Origin: Pyrodictium occultum
Lineage (GTDB): Archaea; Thermoproteota; Thermoprotei_A; Sulfolobales; Pyrodictiaceae
Assembly: GCF_001462395.1 (NCBI RefSeq)
Contig: NZ_LNTB01000001.1
Coordinates: 840,001 to 872,000, forward strand
DNA: 32,000 bases
Direction of reading: 5' to 3'
Shown here: one piece after another, positions 1 to 7,617 of the stretch
How the letters are laid out: every line of letters starts with the position of its first letter
Numbering within the stretch: the first letter of the stretch is position 1
The notes under the pieces: model-generated
The model's database searches: none
The model's input: the letters and a program-made list of their open reading frames with translations, nothing else
Told to the model about the DNA's origin: nothing
Translations under genes and position numbers: made by a program

Positions 1-18
1 AGTACTAACATTACAGTT

Positions 19-447
19 GTGATGGTTGTGATGGAGGTAATATTCGTGGAGGAGCACCCGCTCCGGGCCCGGATACTCCAGCTGCTCAGGGAGCATGGCG
101 CGGTATACTATAGCGAGCTCCTGCGCAGCCTTGAGGCCTCGCGGGCTACGCTCAGCTGGCACCTCTACGTGCTGCTGCGGGAGGGGCGTGTCGGGGCCAT
201 CCGGTACCGTAGGTATACCATCTACTACCTCCGGGGCCGCGAGCTCGAGGCCGTCAGGAGTATAGCTGGGAGGGATAGGCTGTTCTGCAGCGTTCTACGC
301 GACCTGGCGGCGGGCGCCCGGCCGGAGGAGGTGGCGGCTCGCTACGGGATAAGCGTCAGGGGGCTAGAGGGCCTGCGGGAGCTCGCCAGGAGGCTCCGGG
401 GCAGGCTCGATGAGGTCTGCGGCGAGGAGCAGAATGTAGGCGAGTGA
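19..447 (+). CDS. winged-helix (ArsR-like) transcriptional regulator
   Basis: 142-aa ORF (GTG 19; ATG alternatives at 22 and 31). The segment RARILQLLREHGAVYYSELLRSLEASRATLSWHLYVLLREGRV has the helix-turn-helix-plus-wing pattern of ArsR/SmtB-type wHTH proteins. It sits directly upstream of the secreted-protein/signal-peptidase operon. The upstream region is cut by the window edge. Confidence 0.6.
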   Translation: MMVVMEVIFVEEHPLRARILQLLREHGAVYYSELLRSLEASRATLSWHLYVLLREGRVGAIRYRRYTIYYLRGRELEAVRSIAGRDRLFCSVLRDLAAGARPEEVAARYGISVRGLEGLRELARRLRGRLDEVCGEEQNVGE

Positions 448-747
448 ATGGCTCCCAGGCCAATCCCCGGGCTCTCCACGCCCGACCCCCCAGCCAGGCC
501 CCTGCCCGGGCGGGGGTGGAGGGGCCCCGAAGGGATAGGGGGCTGGAGACACGTCCCCTAGGGGCAGCGTATCCGGCGGCCAGGGGGATGAGGCCCCTGC
601 CCCCAGGCCTCCCCTCGGGGAGCCTCCACTGCATCACCCTGGCGGCAGTCTAGGGGGCTCGCAGCCGGCCTCCGCTGGAGGCAGCCCTCCCCTGCGGCAC
701 CCCTGGGCACTCCCCCGGGGCTCTAGAGCAGTAGTGTTCGAGAGCCG

Positions 748-767
748 TACTATACCCCTTATATTGG
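748..767 (+). promoter_or_regulatory. TATA-like promoter element upstream of the first secreted-protein gene
   Basis: TACTATA (748-754) and TTATATT (759-765) form the only AT-rich patch in a ~370-bp G+C-rich spacer. They lie ~55-70 nt upstream of GTG 820. The resulting ~30-nt leader contains GGAGG (806-810). Confidence 0.35.
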
Positions 768-819
768 CTGAAAGCCTCCCAGAGGCCCCGGCGGCCATGG
801 AGTTCGGAGGTGGCTGGCG

Positions 820-1536
820 GTGAGGCTGCAGGGCAGGCGCAGGGCAACCCTACTAGTCATCCTGGCGGCGGTGGCAGCCCTGTCGGTAGCTAACGCGAGC
901 GTTTTCGCCTACCGGACACTCTATGGCAACGTCAAGATAGCTGATATAACGCAGGGCCAGGACCAGACCAGCATAACGCAGTATGGCCTGGCATGCGTAG
1001 GCTTCTACACGAGCGACTCTATAGAGGATCGGGGTGTGCTGCCCACCGCGGGCACGAACTACAACGCTGCGCCGATAGGGACCACGAGCACCGGCGGCTG
1101 GTACGGCGTGAATGTAGTCCCCGGAGACGTTGCCTGCAGCTGGACAAACACGAGCACCAATAACACCAACACGCTCTACAAGACAGCGACAGTGTATATA
1201 AACGTCACTAACGGTGACTGGTACTTCAAGGACATACTCGGCTTCGGCTACCCCAACATAACGAGCAGCCCAAGCCCCGCCTACGTGACAGTGCGTGTCG
1301 AGGGAGCCCTCAGCAACACCAACATAACTGAAGCTCTACTGAAGATATACGATGCTAGTAGCGGGAACCTCAGAGGGCAGATAGACCTGAAGAACAACGG
1401 CGACTACATCAACTTCACGCTGATGCCCGGCCAGGGAGTCCAGATAGACCTGGATCTCTCCGCCACCGGTGCTGTATCACTCGACAACTTCACAGTGAGG
1501 TTCTACATATCGCCGAGCAGCGAGCAGCCTAGGTAG
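820..1536 (+). CDS. secreted, N-glycosylation-sequon-rich protein with SipW-cognate-like signal peptide (candidate fibre/pilin major subunit)
   Basis: 238-aa ORF from GTG 820, preceded by GGAGG 10 nt upstream. The N terminus has a basic n-region (RLQGRRR), a hydrophobic h-region (ATLLVILAAVAALSV) and the motif ANASVFAYRTLYGNV, which recurs in ORF 3555..5117. The mature part is T/N/S/Y/G-rich and beta-like, with 8 N-x-S/T sequons. G+C is visibly lower than in the flanks. A hairpin plus T5 tract follows. Confidence 0.75.
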   Translation: MRLQGRRRATLLVILAAVAALSVANASVFAYRTLYGNVKIADITQGQDQTSITQYGLACVGFYTSDSIEDRGVLPTAGTNYNAAPIGTTSTGGWYGVNVVPGDVACSWTNTSTNNTNTLYKTATVYINVTNGDWYFKDILGFGYPNITSSPSPAYVTVRVEGALSNTNITEALLKIYDASSGNLRGQIDLKNNGDYINFTLMPGQGVQIDLDLSATGAVSLDNFTVRFYISPSSEQPR

Positions 1537-1576
1537 CCGGCACCCGGTGGCCGGGGTTAGCTCCCTCTCTTTTTCC
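1537..1576 (+). terminator. candidate intrinsic terminator (hairpin + oligo-T) after the 238-aa secreted-protein gene
   Basis: CCGGC-N8-GCCGG hairpin (1537-1554) starts immediately after the TAG stop. It is followed by the pyrimidine tract CTCCCTCTCTTTTTCC with T5 at 1570-1574. Oligo-T tracts act as archaeal termination signals and are rare in this G+C-rich window. Confidence 0.35.
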
Positions 1577-1675
1577 ACGGTCTTTGCCGCCTCTTGCATC
1601 TGCTTCACCGCGCGGCTCCCAGAGGGTCTCGGGGGCGCCGGCCCCAGCAGGGGTGCTTGATGGTGCAGAGACGCC

Positions 1676-2863
1676 ATGCCGGGGCTTGCCAGGGCTCTGG
1701 GCTACCTAGCGGCTGGTGTGCTGCTAGTCCTCCTCGCGGGTAAGATGCTCCGCCTACCCGTGGCCCTCATGATTGTCTACGGCACCTCCATGGAGCCTAC
1801 GTTTGAGCCCCTGGACCTGGTTCTCGGGGTGGAGCCTTGGCTGGCTGGGGGCGTGGAGAAGGGCGATGTAGTGGTCTGGTGCCTTCCGGGCGACTTCTGG
1901 AGGAGCAGCTGCGTCGTCCACCGCGTGGTGGACCTGGTGAACACGAGCAGGGGGGTGCTGGTGGTCACTAAGGGCGACGCGTTGGATGTCAGCGACCCGC
2001 CGGTCCCCATGGAGAGGGTTGCATATGTTGTAGTCTACCGGGCTCCCCGGGGGCTCGTTCTCCCCCTGCTCGCTGCTGCAGCCGCCGCGGCTGCAGGGTA
2101 CTACTACCTCTACCTCCCCTACGTGACCCACCGCCGCTACGCGCTGGAGCCCGGGGCCCCGGCGCTGCTCATGGTGCTCGCCTACGCCCTCTTCAACATC
2201 GCCTACGTGGGCTCCGGCATGCTAGACGCCTCGCCCGTCATCATCGACCTCCCGAGGGTCTATGGGGAGCATCTATCCTTCAACCTCTCGGCGGGCCTCC
2301 TGACGGTGAAGCTGAGCTACAATACTAGCCTCCACCCCTCCGGGCTCCCGAGCTGCAGCCTCGTGGGCGGGTTCAACGCGTCGCCGGTGGTCGAGGGCTT
2401 CAGCGCCCAGCCCGGGGAGGCGGTGATGGCTATACGCATCCCCCAGGAGGCTTTCATGGAGCTATGGCTCCTGGACACCAGGCGGGTCTCCAGGACAGCG
2501 CTCCCGCCTCCCCCAGCGAAGGTGGCTACCGGGCTCATGCTCCGCTGCAGCCTAGACTTCGACAAGGGGGTTCTCGAGGACACCTACCCCGTAGCCTTCT
2601 CGTGGTCCGAGCCCGTGGTGGAGGCCTCCGGGAAGACCCTGGTCCTCGGGAACCACAACCCGGTGCCAATCCCCGTGGAGGTCGTAGTCTACGCGCCCAG
2701 CCCCGGGGGAGGGTATAGGCTGGTCCACCGGGAGAGGCTCGTCCTAGACCCCTTCACCGTGGAGAGGCTCGACCTCTCCAAGCTCCCCGGGAGCCTCCGC
2801 GCCTACGTCCGCTACACCTTCCTAGGCCACTTTAGGAGCGTAGGGGTGACCCTCCATGGCTAG
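1676..2863 (+). CDS. signal peptidase I, S26B (SipW/Sec11-type, Ser-His) with two extra TM helices and a ~210-aa C-terminal domain
   Basis: 395 aa. An N-terminal TM anchor is followed by the S26B boxes: catalytic Ser in VYGTSMEPTF, catalytic His in CVVHRVVD, and TKGDALDVSDP (compare SipW SGSMEP / HR / KGDNN..D). Then come a poly-Ala/Tyr TM (LLAAAAAAAAGYYYLYL), a second TM (ALLMVLAYALFNIAYVG) and a beta-rich domain of unknown function (residues ~185-395). Confidence 0.85.
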   Translation: MPGLARALGYLAAGVLLVLLAGKMLRLPVALMIVYGTSMEPTFEPLDLVLGVEPWLAGGVEKGDVVVWCLPGDFWRSSCVVHRVVDLVNTSRGVLVVTKGDALDVSDPPVPMERVAYVVVYRAPRGLVLPLLAAAAAAAAGYYYLYLPYVTHRRYALEPGAPALLMVLAYALFNIAYVGSGMLDASPVIIDLPRVYGEHLSFNLSAGLLTVKLSYNTSLHPSGLPSCSLVGGFNASPVVEGFSAQPGEAVMAIRIPQEAFMELWLLDTRRVSRTALPPPPAKVATGLMLRCSLDFDKGVLEDTYPVAFSWSEPVVEASGKTLVLGNHNPVPIPVEVVVYAPSPGGGYRLVHRERLVLDPFTVERLDLSKLPGSLRAYVRYTFLGHFRSVGVTLHG

Positions 2864-3119
2864 CGGCTGGAACGTGTACGAGGCACGGGAGGCAGCCCTC
2901 AGGGCCTCCAGATACTACATGCTGGGCAGAGCCGCCCGGCTGGGAGTTGCAGCGGCCTCCCTGCTGGCCATAGCATCCTCCCTGCTGGTGCTCTTGCTGG
3001 CCCTCACCCCGCTCTACCGGTTCCAGGGGATTATGCTCAGCGGCTGGATCAGGCTCACCGGGTACCAGCTGGCCCTCTACGACGCCCCCTCCGCGTCCCC
3101 GTGCTCGACTCCCTCGTGA
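2856..3119 (+). CDS. small membrane protein (operon member, unknown function)
   Basis: 87 aa. Its ATG overlaps the peptidase stop by 8 nt (ATGGCTAG), suggesting translational coupling. It has one clear TM helix (LGVAAASLLAIASSLLVLLLALTPL) and overlaps the next ORF by 19 nt. It could be the 5' part of a single longer gene with 3101..3535 if a frameshift is present. Confidence 0.45.
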   Translation: MASGWNVYEAREAALRASRYYMLGRAARLGVAAASLLAIASSLLVLLLALTPLYRFQGIMLSGWIRLTGYQLALYDAPSASPCSTPS

Positions 3120-3535
3120 GGCTCTCCTTCACCCTTGTGCTCGGCCCCCTGCTCTCAACAGCCCTCGTCTCCCTAGCCCTGGCCTCCACAATCATGAGCC
3201 CCAAGGTGCCCAGGGTCTACCTCGAGGCGGCGGCGGCCGGCTACGCCGTAGCCGGGCTCACAGTAGCCCTACTCATATCCTTCCTCCGCGTCCTCTTCAG
3301 GGACATAATACCCTCCATACCCCTCGGCGGCCGCTTGCCCACAGCCTACGGGGTCTTCACCCTCCGCGGCTCGAGCGGCTGGTACACCGACGCGGGGCTC
3401 CTAGCCCTACGCCTCTGGAGCCTCTACCCCCTGCTCGCAGCCCTCCTCATAGCCGCCGCCGCGGCCCTCGTATACTACCTGGCACGCTACTACGAGGACC
3501 TCCTCGAAGAACCCCTCGTCTACAATACCAGCTAG
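3101..3535 (+). CDS. polytopic membrane protein (operon member, unknown function)
   Basis: 144 aa from a GTG start. Hydrophobic helices include LSFTLVLGPLLSTALVSLALAS, AAAAGYAVAGLTVALLISFL and LYPLLAALLIAAAAALVYYL, followed by an acidic tail (YYEDLLEEP). A 20-nt gap separates it from the next gene. Confidence 0.55.
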   Translation: MLDSLVRLSFTLVLGPLLSTALVSLALASTIMSPKVPRVYLEAAAAGYAVAGLTVALLISFLRVLFRDIIPSIPLGGRLPTAYGVFTLRGSSGWYTDAGLLALRLWSLYPLLAALLIAAAAALVYYLARYYEDLLEEPLVYNTS

Positions 3536-3554
3536 CCGGGGAGGAGGGAGAGCC

Positions 3555-5117
3555 GTGATGCGCGGGGGGCGCAGGAGGCTAGCTCTCGCGGCCCTGGCTC
3601 TAGCCATGCTAGCGCTTGTGGCCGACGCCACGCTCTTCGCTGTCAGGAGCCTGGAGGGGAGCGTCCACGCCGAGCCAACCTGGCTGATATGGTACCAGGA
3701 TCCCGGCACCCCGGGCGTGGTAACGAGCATAGATGGGCTGGAAGCTAGCGCGACCGTGGAGGTGCCGACGGGCATAGTGCTTGAAAAGAGGCACGCAATC
3801 TACTACGACACGTTCGACCAGCAGCCCAACTTCACATCCTCACCATACTGTAGCGGCGTCCTGGAGTGGAACCAGACGGGCCACTACATGGTGGTAAACA
3901 TAAGTGCCCTTGGATGGTATTATGACAGGCGGTATGGTGTTTACCAGCTTCCTAGGTGGTACTGCTACTTCTACCCGTCAAGCCTCGATATAAGCAGCTA
4001 CGTGGCCAACGGTAGCGGGGTCTACGCGGCAGCCATAATGTGGCGTAATGGATACTACTATGTTGGCGATTGGCTGCGCGTGGGTTTCGCATACGCTAAC
4101 GACACCACCTGGGATAGCTACCTCATAGGCCTACGCGATGAAGTTCTCGCTGGTCTTACCGGCGATAATGCTAATGCTACAGCGTATTACTACAATTATT
4201 CTCAGGGGACGTACTACGTCTCGTTGCTGAACGAGTCGTCTCTCCCAAGCGGCGCGTATGGCTTCGAGGGACTATACCACCATAACATGAGTGCCGGTAT
4301 AGACTTCAACGCATGGGATGCGGGGTTCTGGAGCATAGGCCTTACCGTGAACTCTTCGAGCACGCTGCGAGCGCTCAAAGCCTATATAAACGAGTCGTAT
4401 AGGTTCACGCCTAATCGCGTCGGCGTGGGCGTCGACACAGAGTATATCTACGCCTATACCCTCGATGGACTCCCATACATATACTTTGACAACTTTGTTG
4501 TCACTGTTGACGCTTATCCCTGGCTGGTTAATGTCACGGGGCTCTTGCCCGGCTGGAGGGTTGTGCTGCTGAACTCTACCGGCGGGGTGGTGGACGAGGC
4601 TACCGCTGGGAGTGATGGCGTTGCCTCGCTGAGCGTCTGGGGCTACCTGATAGTCCCCAATGCCTCGATAGAGGTCTACGACGACCAGGGCCGGCTGGTG
4701 GCCAGGGCGAGCTTCAGCTACGTTGTCGGCGGCGACGTCTACAGGGTTGAGCGCTTCGCCGGCAGGGTGCTAGACATCTACTCGGACCTCGCCCAGGGCT
4801 TCGTGACGTGGCTCGAGCTCGTGGACACTAACTGCACCCTGCTGGACAGCGGCCATGTCTACATCTTCCTCTACAACTCGTCGGGGGCCGCGGCGGCGCC
4901 CATAGAGGTAGTGGACGGGGTCATAGTGTCCAGCAGCACCGGCCAGGTCTCGGCCGCGCCTACGGGCTCCGGGGGGAGCTGGCTGGCCGGCTGGATATGG
5001 GCCACCGCCTACCTGCCCGGCGGGGCCCGCTGCTTCGTCGACCTTAGGGAGGTGTTTGAGGTGGCCCCCGGCGTCTACACCTACGGCCGCGCCAGGATAG
5101 TCTTTAGCGCCCGGTAG
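3555..5117 (+). CDS. large secreted sequon-rich protein with the same SipW-cognate-like signal peptide (candidate minor/tip/anchor subunit or adhesin)
   Basis: 520 aa (GTG 3555 or ATG 3558) with GGAGGAGGGAG just upstream. The N terminus is RGGRRR + LALAALALAMLALV + ADATLFAVRSLEGSV, parallel to ORF 820..1536. The protein is Y/W/N/G-rich and beta-like, with 16 N-x-S/T sequons. G+C is markedly lower between ~3780 and ~4540. Confidence 0.8.
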   Translation: MMRGGRRRLALAALALAMLALVADATLFAVRSLEGSVHAEPTWLIWYQDPGTPGVVTSIDGLEASATVEVPTGIVLEKRHAIYYDTFDQQPNFTSSPYCSGVLEWNQTGHYMVVNISALGWYYDRRYGVYQLPRWYCYFYPSSLDISSYVANGSGVYAAAIMWRNGYYYVGDWLRVGFAYANDTTWDSYLIGLRDEVLAGLTGDNANATAYYYNYSQGTYYVSLLNESSLPSGAYGFEGLYHHNMSAGIDFNAWDAGFWSIGLTVNSSSTLRALKAYINESYRFTPNRVGVGVDTEYIYAYTLDGLPYIYFDNFVVTVDAYPWLVNVTGLLPGWRVVLLNSTGGVVDEATAGSDGVASLSVWGYLIVPNASIEVYDDQGRLVARASFSYVVGGDVYRVERFAGRVLDIYSDLAQGFVTWLELVDTNCTLLDSGHVYIFLYNSSGAAAAPIEVVDGVIVSSSTGQVSAAPTGSGGSWLAGWIWATAYLPGGARCFVDLREVFEVAPGVYTYGRARIVFSAR

Positions 5118-5126
5118 AGCCCCCCT

Positions 5127-7589
5127 CTAGCCTCCTGCCCTCCTCCTGGCCGCTGCCGCGGCTGCAGCCGCTGCCGCCAGCGCTGCTGCTAGGAGCGCGG
5201 TGCCCGCGCCCGCGTGCGGGAGCGGGCTGGGCTTCTCGGCGGGGCTGGCTTCGGCCAGCCTTGCGGTGAAGGGCGTGGTTATAGGCCTCAACTTCCCGGC
5301 GGGCAGCTCTACCCGGAATAGCCTGGCCAGCTTGGCCTCAACGCTCTCCACGAACTCGCCGCCGTAGATTGCGTCGTAGCGGTGGACAGGCTCCACGGCG
5401 GCCACCGCGCCCCGGGCCCGGGGCCCGAGCATCGCGAGGGGCAGGGTGTAGCTCGTGGAGCCGCCCGGCAGCAGGGTGGCGGCTGTACCGTTGAGGGTTA
5501 GGAGTAGCGGCTCGTCGCCCACGGTCTCCAGCACGTCTAGGCCCCGGAGCACCAGCGTGCCGTTGCCCGCGTCTAGCCAGGCTCCTGCCGCGACCAGGTA
5601 GTAGGCCGTGGCCCTCCCGCCCCACATGGCGACTATCCTGACTAGGCCGGGCGAGTCGAGGGGCAGCCTTATCCTGGCCACGCACTCCCCGCCGCTCCTC
5701 TTGACGCTGGCGTCGAGCCTCCGGAGGCCCAGCAGGTAGACCCCCTCCACCCGGTAGACCGCGTTGGCCGCGATGCTGTCGGGGCAGGCCCCCTGGAAGC
5801 CCAGGGCTACCTCCGTGGAGCCGCCGGGGTTGAAGGCCGGCAGGCTGCCGGAGGCGTAGCGGGCCAGCGGCATCGCGAGCAGCGCCGCCCCGACCCGTAT
5901 GCTCCCCCTGGGCGGCACCAGGCCCGGCGGCTCCCCCTCGCCGCCGGCCCCGCCGCTCCTCCAGGGGTTGGGGGCCGCCGGGTCCCCGAGGAACGCTGCC
6001 TCGCGCAGCACCAGCTCGCCTATGTCCTCCTGGCCGCTGGTGAGGTAGGCCCGGTAGTGGCTGGCGGGCGACACGGCGTAGGCGTTGAGCGCCTGGAGCC
6101 AGGCGTCGCCGAGGGTGTTGGCGGAGCCAAGGCTGCGGAGGAAGAGGAGGAGGGGCGCGTCGGCCCCCGCGAGGCTCACCTCGACGCCCCTGTCGCCGGC
6201 GCTGACCCCGTCTACCATCTCCACGGCTATCCTGGTGTAGCCCAGGTAGGCCACCGCGTCGCCGCGGCCGAGGAGCGCGTCTGCGAGGCTCGGCGGCTTG
6301 AAGGGCGGGTCTACGAGGTCGTAGTCCCAGAACGCTGAGCGGCAGGCGGGGGTGACGAAGACCCCGGGCTCACCCGCCGCGGTGACCTGGTCGCTGCGCA
6401 GCTTCTCCTCGAAGTCGTAGTTCCACAGCCCGCCCGGCACGTAGTCCAGGAGCGCGTTCCCGGCCCCGTGGGTGACCAGATAGTAGAGCCCGTAGTCTCC
6501 CAGGCGGCTGGCGAACCCCGTCCCGGTGTAGCCCCCCAGGCTGAGCATCATGACGTCGGGCTTCAGGGGGAGCCCCGAGGCCTCCTCGAGGGCCTTCACA
6601 ACCGCGGCCTCGCCCACCATGAGGTCGGTGGCGAAGGGGGCTCCGCCGGCTAGGAACGCCTCCCCCTGCCAGCTGCCCCCCTCGACCCACCTCCGCAGGG
6701 CCTCGACGTAGGCCTGGAGCATGCCCCGGTCGGTGAAGGGTATCCTGCCGACCGCGAGCTCCGCCAGCCCGTCGTAGTTGGGGTCTGCGTAGTAGTAGTC
6801 GGTTGGCACGGCCGCCTCGTCGGGGCCCACTAGCTCGCGGAGGATGGGGCTGCAGTAGTAGATGGGGGGCACGTCCCTGGCGCCGCCTATTATGAGCACG
6901 TACCTGGCCCCCTTCCCCGCGGCCTCCCGGAGCATGGATACTATCCTGAGCGCCAGGTCCATGTCGTATTTGGGTCCGTTCTTCCCCGGCCTGCACGCCC
7001 CGGGGGGCTGCGGCGCCGGCTTGTAGCTGGAGCGTATCTCGTCCACGGTCACTATCCTGACGCTGAGGCCCTGGCTCTCGTGGATCCTGGCTATCTCCCC
7101 GGCGGCCTCCAGGGCGGCGGGCTCGCCGGGCACGACTATTATCATCGAGGCTGCGCCGCCCGCGGCCTGGCGCCCGGCCCCCGCCTCCTCCAGCACGACC
7201 TCTACGGTGGAGCCTGGCCTGCCCGGCACCCAGGCGTAGAGCTCCACCCCCCAGGGCCGCTGGACAAGCCTAACACTGGGCCCCAGGCTCTCCGCGGGCG
7301 CGGCTACTGCGAGCCTGCTGAGCCTGCTCCATAGCTCGGGGTCTGGTGTGAAGCTGAGGAGCAGCGGCCTTGGGTTGGCGGCCCTGGGCTCCCAGCCCTG
7401 GACTCCTGCCACCCGGTAGCTGCCGGGTGGGAGCACGGCGTGGATGTAGGCCCAGCCGTCGCCACCCACCCTGGCCGTCAGTACCACCCTGCCCTGCTGG
7501 CCGCCCGTGGCGGCCCCTGCGTGGGCGTGGATTAGCAGGGCGAGCAGCAGGATGAGGAGCGCCGGCGGGAGTAGACGCCTCAAAACCAT
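5127..7589 (-). CDS. membrane-anchored clan CD cysteine peptidase, C25 (gingipain/PorU-like) family
   Basis: The track ORF runs to GTG 7676 but then overlaps rbcL. ATG 7589 gives a classic signal peptide (MVLRRLLPPALLILLLALLIHAHAGA). C25-like motifs are YVLIIGGARDVPPIYY, PTDYYYADPNYDGLAELAVGRIPF, a catalytic-His context YYLVTHGAGN and a catalytic-Cys context GVFVTPACRSAFWD. The C terminus is a poly-Ala TM plus basic tail (GTALLAAALAAAAAAAAAARRRAGG). Confidence 0.8.
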   Translation of the reverse strand: MVLRRLLPPALLILLLALLIHAHAGAATGGQQGRVVLTARVGGDGWAYIHAVLPPGSYRVAGVQGWEPRAANPRPLLLSFTPDPELWSRLSRLAVAAPAESLGPSVRLVQRPWGVELYAWVPGRPGSTVEVVLEEAGAGRQAAGGAASMIIVVPGEPAALEAAGEIARIHESQGLSVRIVTVDEIRSSYKPAPQPPGACRPGKNGPKYDMDLALRIVSMLREAAGKGARYVLIIGGARDVPPIYYCSPILRELVGPDEAAVPTDYYYADPNYDGLAELAVGRIPFTDRGMLQAYVEALRRWVEGGSWQGEAFLAGGAPFATDLMVGEAAVVKALEEASGLPLKPDVMMLSLGGYTGTGFASRLGDYGLYYLVTHGAGNALLDYVPGGLWNYDFEEKLRSDQVTAAGEPGVFVTPACRSAFWDYDLVDPPFKPPSLADALLGRGDAVAYLGYTRIAVEMVDGVSAGDRGVEVSLAGADAPLLLFLRSLGSANTLGDAWLQALNAYAVSPASHYRAYLTSGQEDIGELVLREAAFLGDPAAPNPWRSGGAGGEGEPPGLVPPRGSIRVGAALLAMPLARYASGSLPAFNPGGSTEVALGFQGACPDSIAANAVYRVEGVYLLGLRRLDASVKRSGGECVARIRLPLDSPGLVRIVAMWGGRATAYYLVAAGAWLDAGNGTLVLRGLDVLETVGDEPLLLTLNGTAATLLPGGSTSYTLPLAMLGPRARGAVAAVEPVHRYDAIYGGEFVESVEAKLARLFRVELPAGKLRPITTPFTARLAEASPAEKPSPLPHAGAGTALLAAALAAAAAAAAAARRRAGG

Positions 7590-7617
7590 CCAGCCCCTGG
7601 GGGAAGGGGCCCCGCCC

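Noticed and set aside
356-847. Track ORFs 356..637(-), 364..552(-), 444..653(+) and 650..847(-) in the spacer before the fibre operon
   Set aside because: Their translations are R/P/G/A-rich low-complexity strings typical of random frames in very G+C-rich DNA. They overlap each other on both strands and have no recognisable motifs, SD or TATA context.
2069-5200. GCN-rich stretches (2069-2096 and 5139-5200) sharing GCCGCGGCTGCAG as a possible repeat element
   Set aside because: Both encode poly-Ala membrane segments, one on each strand. The similarity follows from the self-complementary nature of GCN/NGC codon runs, not from a mobile or tandem repeat.
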